A DNA stretch of 64,000 nt from contig CAYQJI010000001.1 in the NCBI GenBank assembly GCA_964417865.1, positions 14,492-78,491 of the forward strand, read 5' to 3'. This document shows, in pieces, positions 58,906-64,000 of this stretch. Source of the stretch: Candidatus Woesearchaeota archaeon. GTDB taxonomy: Archaea > Nanobdellota > Nanobdellia > Pacearchaeales > GW2011-AR1. Position 1 is the first letter of the stretch. The number at the start of each line of letters is the position of its first letter. A program made the translations under genes and the position numbers. The notes beneath the pieces are model-generated. The model did no database searches and had not been told where the DNA came from. It worked only from the letters and a program-made list of their open reading frames with translations.

Positions 58906-59643
58906 ATGGTCAACGATTTTTTAAAAGAGGCATTCATCTCAATTGCAGGAAAATCTTCTGAAAAATTAGTAGATTTATTAGATGAAAAAAAATACATAAA
59001 CGAATTTTTGATTGCAAAAAAATTAGACATAACAGTAAACCAGACTAGAAATCTTTTATACAAAATTTCAGAATATGGCTTAGTCTCTTCCATAAGAAAA
59101 AAAGATAAAAGAAAAGGATGGTATACTTACTTTTGGAAACTTGAAAAATTAAAATCTTTAGAATTTTTAAAAAATAATCTTCTAAATAAAATAGACCAAT
59201 TAAATCATCAAATAAAAAGTAGAGAAACAAAAGTATTTTATATATGCCCAAATTGCAAAATAGAATTTAATGAAGAAAAAGCTTTGATTAATAATTTTAC
59301 TTGTAATGAATGTGGAAATGTTTTATCATTAAAAGATACGTCTAATGATATTAAAGATTATAATAAAGAACTTACAAAGGTCAAAAATGAACTTTCATTT
59401 ATTGAAGAAAAATTTAAAACTGAGAAAGAAAAAATTGAAAAACAAAAATTAAAAGAATCAATAAAAGAAAAAAATAAAAAAGAACTTTTAAAGAAAAAAT
59501 TGAAAAATGAAAAAAAACAAAATAAAAAAGTTTCTAAAATGATTACAAAAAAAAATAAACTTCTTGCTATAAAAAAGATTAAATCTTCTAACAAAAATAA
59601 GAAAATAACCAAAAAAATTAAAGTGAAAAAATCTAAAAAATAA
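58906..59643 (+). CDS. tfe: transcription factor E alpha (TFE/TFIIE-alpha homolog) with K-rich tail
   Basis: Winged helix followed by Zn ribbon CPNC...CNECG. Confidence 0.7.
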   Translation: MVNDFLKEAFISIAGKSSEKLVDLLDEKKYINEFLIAKKLDITVNQTRNLLYKISEYGLVSSIRKKDKRKGWYTYFWKLEKLKSLEFLKNNLLNKIDQLNHQIKSRETKVFYICPNCKIEFNEEKALINNFTCNECGNVLSLKDTSNDIKDYNKELTKVKNELSFIEEKFKTEKEKIEKQKLKESIKEKNKKELLKKKLKNEKKQNKKVSKMITKKNKLLAIKKIKSSNKNKKITKKIKVKKSKK

Positions 59644-59647
59644 AATT

Positions 59648-60292
59648 ATGTTAAATATTAAAAATTTTTTTAGATTAAATTCCTTATACAAATTAATAAT
59701 TTTAAATATAATATTTTTTATTGTTTCTTTTATTCTGATTCTTATAAAAATTGAAACAAAAGATTATTTAGCTCTTAATCCTTCTAATATTTTTCACAAA
59801 TATTATTTTTGGACTTTAATCACAAGCATGTTTATGCATAGTAATCTTTTTCACCTTCTTCTCAATATGCTTTCTTTATTCTTTGTTGGGAACATTTTAA
59901 TTAAAATTTTAGGTGAAAAAAGATTTGTTTCTCTTTATTTACTTTCAGGTATTTTTTCTGGAGTCTTTTTTATATTGAGCAGTCTTATTTTCCCAAGTGA
60001 ATTTAATGTGTATGCTGTTGGTGCTTCTGGAGCAATTTTTGGCTTAATTGGTGTTTTAATATGTTTAACTCCCGATCTCCCAGTTTATATAATGTTTGTG
60101 CCTGTTCCTATAAAAATGAAATATGCTGCTCCATTAATGCTTATAATTTTATGGGTTATCTCTTTATTGGGGAATATTCCTATAGGGAATGCTGCACATC
60201 TTGGAGGTCTTTTATACGGTTTAGGTTATGGTTTATATTTAACAAAAAAATTCAAGAAAAAATCCTTATTCATAAAAAATTATTTTAGATAA
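59648..60292 (+). CDS. rhomboid-family intramembrane serine protease
   Basis: 6 TM, catalytic GASGAIFG and AHLGG. Confidence 0.75.
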   Translation: MLNIKNFFRLNSLYKLIILNIIFFIVSFILILIKIETKDYLALNPSNIFHKYYFWTLITSMFMHSNLFHLLLNMLSLFFVGNILIKILGEKRFVSLYLLSGIFSGVFFILSSLIFPSEFNVYAVGASGAIFGLIGVLICLTPDLPVYIMFVPVPIKMKYAAPLMLIILWVISLLGNIPIGNAAHLGGLLYGLGYGLYLTKKFKKKSLFIKNYFR

Positions 60293-60368
60293 ATTTCCTT
60301 GTGTAATAAAAGTAAAATAAACAAAACTGCAAAAATAAAATATATTTAAAAATTTTAACAAGCAAAAA

Positions 60369-61028
60369 ATGAAAAAATTAAGAGAAGAACAAAAAACAAT
60401 TCAAGAAAAAATGAAAAAAAATAATTTTAAATCTTTTAATAAACTCAGTCTATCCAAATCTTATTTTATTAGAGAATTAAATAATTCTATTAAATTTATT
60501 AGAGAATCAAAAAAATTTATTTATGTTATCTCTTTGATATTTTTTGCATCTTTTTTGATAGGTCTTTTAATAAGATTTCCCTTAAGTATACAAGAACAAT
60601 TAATAAACCTCATAAAAAAAATAGTTGAACAGACCAAAGGGGTTTCAACTATAGAATTAATTTTTTTTATTATTTTTAATAATCTTAAAAGTACATTTTT
60701 GGGAATTTTATTTGGAGTTCTCTTTGGAATTCTTCCTATTCTTATTGCAGTTTTAAATGGGATACTCTTAGGATTTGTTTCCTATTTATCTATCAACAAA
60801 GAAGGCTTATTCAGCTTATGGAAAATTTTTCCTCATGGTATTTTTGAAATACCTGCAATTTTTATCTCTTTAGGTTTGGGTTTAAGATTAGGTATATCCC
60901 TCTTAAAAAAAGATAAAGATATCAAAAAGATTTTTATTAATTCTTTTAAGACCTATTTTTTTATTATTCTTTTTTTAATTATTATTGCTGGAATAATTGA
61001 AGGAATACTAATCTCTGTTCTTAAATAA
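60369..61028 (+). CDS. SpoIIM/DUF95-like membrane protein
   Basis: Hydrophobicity and the IFPHGIFEIPAIFIS motif. Confidence 0.3.
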   Translation: MKKLREEQKTIQEKMKKNNFKSFNKLSLSKSYFIRELNNSIKFIRESKKFIYVISLIFFASFLIGLLIRFPLSIQEQLINLIKKIVEQTKGVSTIELIFFIIFNNLKSTFLGILFGVLFGILPILIAVLNGILLGFVSYLSINKEGLFSLWKIFPHGIFEIPAIFISLGLGLRLGISLLKKDKDIKKIFINSFKTYFFIILFLIIIAGIIEGILISVLK

Positions 61029-61172
61029 ATTAATTCTTAATTATTAATCATCAAAAACTTTAAAAATGAAAACAATTAACTAAAGATGTGAAAAACGACT
61101 ATACTATTTTAACATTAGCGATTCCTATTCAATAAAGATAGTCTTAACTTTATTTCACATAATTCTTTTAAA

Positions 61173-62108
61173 ATGAAAAAAGTCAAAGATTTTTTATGGC
61201 ATAAAAATTTGAGTGTTGAAGAACTCGTGGATAGTTTTAACTCTTTAGGATTTCAAGCAGTTGAGCTTGCAGAAGCAGCAAAAATTATTCTCAGCATGAA
61301 AAAAAATAATGCTAAAATATTCTTAACTTTTACATCAAATATGGTTAGTTCAGGACTAAGAGGTTTTTTTGCACAATTATGTAAGCTAAAAATTCCTAAC
61401 ATTTTAGTCACAACTTCTGGTTCAATAGAAGAAGATATAATAAAATCTTTTGGCGGAGAATTTGAAATTTCTAACTTTAATGTGGATGATAATATTCTAT
61501 ATGAAAGAGGAGAAAATAGGATTGGTAATCTGATTATTCATACAACAGAGTATATGAAATTTGAAGATGAGATTGTTAAAATATTATCCCAAATTTATGA
61601 AAAAAAACAAAGATTATCTTCTTCTGAATTAATTTATAAAATTGGTTTAATTTTAAAAGATGAAAACTCTATATTGTATCAAGCAGCAAAAAATAAGATT
61701 CCTATTTATTGTCCTGGAATAGTTGATTCTTCTTTCGGATTCCAATTGTATATGTTTCAACAAAAACATAAAGATTTCATTATCGATACAATAAAAGATA
61801 TGGAAAGAATCACTACGGACTTAAGTTTTGATGAAAAAAAAGGACTTATCTCTTTAGGAGGGAGTATCTCGAAACATTATGCAATTTTTGCAGCTTTATT
61901 ATCTGGTGGTTTTGATTATGCTGTTTATATGACAACTTCTCATGCTTCTTCTGGTTCTATGTCAGGAGCAACTACTCAAGAAGCAAAATCTTGGGGAAAA
62001 ATTAAAGATGATGCTCAAGCTTCTACAGTTATAGGAGATGTTTCTATAACTTTCCCTTTGGTTATGACAAGTGTTTTAGAAAAGATGGAAAAAGAAAACC
62101 TTTTATAA
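61173..62108 (+). CDS. dys: deoxyhypusine synthase
   Basis: GFQA..L..AA.I, FLTFTSNMVSSGLR, conserved C-terminal region. Confidence 0.8.
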   Translation: MKKVKDFLWHKNLSVEELVDSFNSLGFQAVELAEAAKIILSMKKNNAKIFLTFTSNMVSSGLRGFFAQLCKLKIPNILVTTSGSIEEDIIKSFGGEFEISNFNVDDNILYERGENRIGNLIIHTTEYMKFEDEIVKILSQIYEKKQRLSSSELIYKIGLILKDENSILYQAAKNKIPIYCPGIVDSSFGFQLYMFQQKHKDFIIDTIKDMERITTDLSFDEKKGLISLGGSISKHYAIFAALLSGGFDYAVYMTTSHASSGSMSGATTQEAKSWGKIKDDAQASTVIGDVSITFPLVMTSVLEKMEKENLL

Positions 62109-62119
62109 TATTAATTAAA

Positions 62120-63175
62120 ATGGAACAAGCAAAATTTATTTTATCAAAAAAAATTTTAAGAGAACAAATAAAAATTTTAGAAGATTTAAAATTTAAAATT
62201 TCTTATTCCTATAAAACAAATAAAACTGTAGGGAAAGTTATACAAAGCCTTAAAGAATTTGATAATATTGATTTTTCTATTCATGCAGAACGAGAAATTA
62301 AAGATATTAATGATAAAAATAGAATTTGGTTTTTTCTTCAGGCCCAATCAAAAAAGAAAATAGAACACTTTCTCAAAAAAGGAATAAAAAAATATGTTGT
62401 TGATAATGAAATAGATTTGTATAATCTATTAGAAGCTGTAAAGAATAAAAAATATAAAATTGAACTTTTATTAAGAATGAAATTTGAAGAACATAGAATT
62501 GGAACAGGGAAATATTTTGTATATGGGTTTTCTAGTAATAAAATTTTAGAAATTATTAAAAAAATAATCAAGAATGAGTATATAAAAAAATTAGGAATCC
62601 ATATCCATAGGAAATCTCAAAATCTTACAGAATGGGAAATTTTAGAAGAAATAAAAGATTCATTACCCGAAGAAATTTTAAAAGAGATAAAAATGATTAA
62701 TCTTGGAGGGGGTTTACCTTCCAAATATATAAGTATGAATAAAAATGTATTTGGGTATATTTTTTCAAAGCTTAAAGAAATAAAAGAATGGCTTGATAAA
62801 AAAGGAATAGATACAATTATTGAACCAGGTAGATTCATAGCTGCTCCTTGTATAAAACTTGAGACAAGCATAATTCAGATACAAGATAATAATATAATTA
62901 TAAACACTAGTTTGTATAACTGTGCTTTGGATAACTTATTGACAGGAACAAAAATGCTTGTTGAACAGGAATTAAAAGAAGAGGAAGATGGAAAAATTTT
63001 TTTAATTAAAGGAAATTCTCCGACTAGAGATGATATTTTTAGATATAGAGTTAAACTGAAAAAAAATATAAAAGTTGGGGATAAAATTACTTTTTTAAAT
63101 GCAGGGGCTTATAATTATACCACTGATTTTTTTGGATATAAAAAATTAAAAACTGAAATAAAAGAGGATTTTTAA
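62120..63175 (+). CDS. PLP-dependent group IV decarboxylase (Orn/Arg/DAP decarboxylase fold), short
   Basis: SYSYKTN (PLP-Lys region) and NLGGGLPSKY (Gly-rich loop). Adjacent to dys. Confidence 0.5.
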   Translation: MEQAKFILSKKILREQIKILEDLKFKISYSYKTNKTVGKVIQSLKEFDNIDFSIHAEREIKDINDKNRIWFFLQAQSKKKIEHFLKKGIKKYVVDNEIDLYNLLEAVKNKKYKIELLLRMKFEEHRIGTGKYFVYGFSSNKILEIIKKIIKNEYIKKLGIHIHRKSQNLTEWEILEEIKDSLPEEILKEIKMINLGGGLPSKYISMNKNVFGYIFSKLKEIKEWLDKKGIDTIIEPGRFIAAPCIKLETSIIQIQDNNIIINTSLYNCALDNLLTGTKMLVEQELKEEEDGKIFLIKGNSPTRDDIFRYRVKLKKNIKVGDKITFLNAGAYNYTTDFFGYKKLKTEIKEDF

Positions 63176-63198
63176 ATTATGACAATCTCCTTTCTACA

Positions 63199-64000
63199 TG
63201 TTATCTAAAGAAGAATTAAAGAAAATTAAAGAACATTTATTAAAAGCACAAAATCCTATATTTTTCTTTGATAATGATCCTGACGGTTTATGCTCTTTTT
63301 TAATTTTGCAAAGATACATAAATAAGGGAGTAGGAATACCTATAAGATCTTTTCCTGAGATGAATGTAGATTATTTTAGAAGAATACAAGAATTTAAATC
63401 TGACTGTATTTTTATCTTGGATAAACCCCTAGTTTCTAAATCTTTTTTTGAAGAAGTAAAAAAAATAAATCTTCCTGTTGTTTGGATTGATCATCATAAA
63501 ATGGATAATCTTTTTGTTCCAGAAGGCATAGATTATTTTAACCCCTGTTTAAATAAAGAAAAAACTAATGAACCAACAACTTACCTTTGTTATAAAGCAA
63601 CTGAAAAAAAAGAAGATTTATGGATTGCTCTAATTGGTTGTATTTCTGACAGATTTACTCCTGATTTTTATGAAGAATTCATAAGACAATATCCAGATTT
63701 ATCATTTAATTCAAAAGATGCCTTTAAAATTTTTTATAATTCTCCTATAGGAACCATATCAAACCTTATATCTTATGGTTTAAAAGATAGCACAACTAAT
63801 GTAAACAAAATGTTAAAATTCTTAATTTCTGTAAAATCCCCTTATGAAATATTAGAAGAATCCAATAAGAATATTGAAATGCACTTAAAATTCAAACAAA
63901 TCTCAAAGAAAATAAACAAACTCGTTGAAAAAGCTATATCTTTAAATGATCAGAATAAAATTCTTTTTTTTCAATATGGAGGGGATATAAGTATAAGTTC
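63199..64000 (+). CDS. DHH-family phosphoesterase (second copy), truncated by window end
   Basis: FFFDNDPDGLCS (motif I), WIDHHK (DHH motif). ORF continues past 64000. Confidence 0.5.

Noticed and set aside
1-64000. CRISPR arrays and rRNA genes
   Set aside because: No regularly spaced direct repeats beyond the two-copy 72-bp in-CDS repeat and the two 45-bp IS promoter repeats. No rRNA-like GC-rich blocks of the right size.

Overview
This is an AT-rich (about 28-30% GC) archaeal window. It carries TFB, TFE, RadA, aEF-1beta, an Sm protein, r-proteins L44e/S8e/S17e/S3Ae, the tRNA-splicing endonuclease EndA beside an intron-containing tRNA, and archaeal-type GlyRS. The small proteins, split genes and streamlined layout suggest a DPANN-type episymbiotic archaeon.

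Housekeeping genes and RNAs:
- CDS: Hef-like helicase with an adjacent ERCC4 nuclease fragment, Srp54, FtsY, TGT, ApgM, EndoQ-like, NDK, aIF2-alpha-like, uS15, Bud32, RNase Z, AlaRS, GlyRS, deoxyhypusine synthase, a PLP decarboxylase, rhomboid, and two DHH phosphoesterases.
- tRNAs: seven (Gln-UUG, Thr-UGU, Val-GAC, Leu-AAG?, Arg-UCU, Cys-GCA, and an intron-containing CAU tRNA).

Accessory content, locus 1 (5.4-17.8 kb): a complete type-IV-pilus-like system.
- It has a FlaI/TadA-family ATPase, a FlaJ/TadC-like platform protein and an A24 prepilin peptidase (GGD motif).
- About 10 paralogous, cysteine-rich proteins carry class-III (KRG/KKA, then a hydrophobic stretch) signal peptides.
- One of these is fused to a family-1 lytic-transglycosylase (goose-lysozyme-like) domain.

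Accessory content, locus 2 (36.9-46.3 kb):
- Another pilin-like protein.
- A 2126-aa secreted Cys-rich giant protein ending in two papain/NlpC-like modules.
- A pilin-signal protein fused to the same predicted peptidase module.

Other accessory features:
- A periplasmic thioredoxin-CcdA/DsbD fusion.
- An IS6-like element with duplicated promoter repeats and a tiny AbrB-like ORF.
- A DUF5320/DUF134 regulator pair with paired palindromic operators.
- A recurring 30-bp upstream motif.
- A GC-rich structured non-coding island between tgt and ftsY.
- A minimal [FeFe]-hydrogenase H-domain-like protein.

Taken together, the two loci look like a pilus-displayed arsenal of cell-wall hydrolases in an archaeon that itself has no murein.
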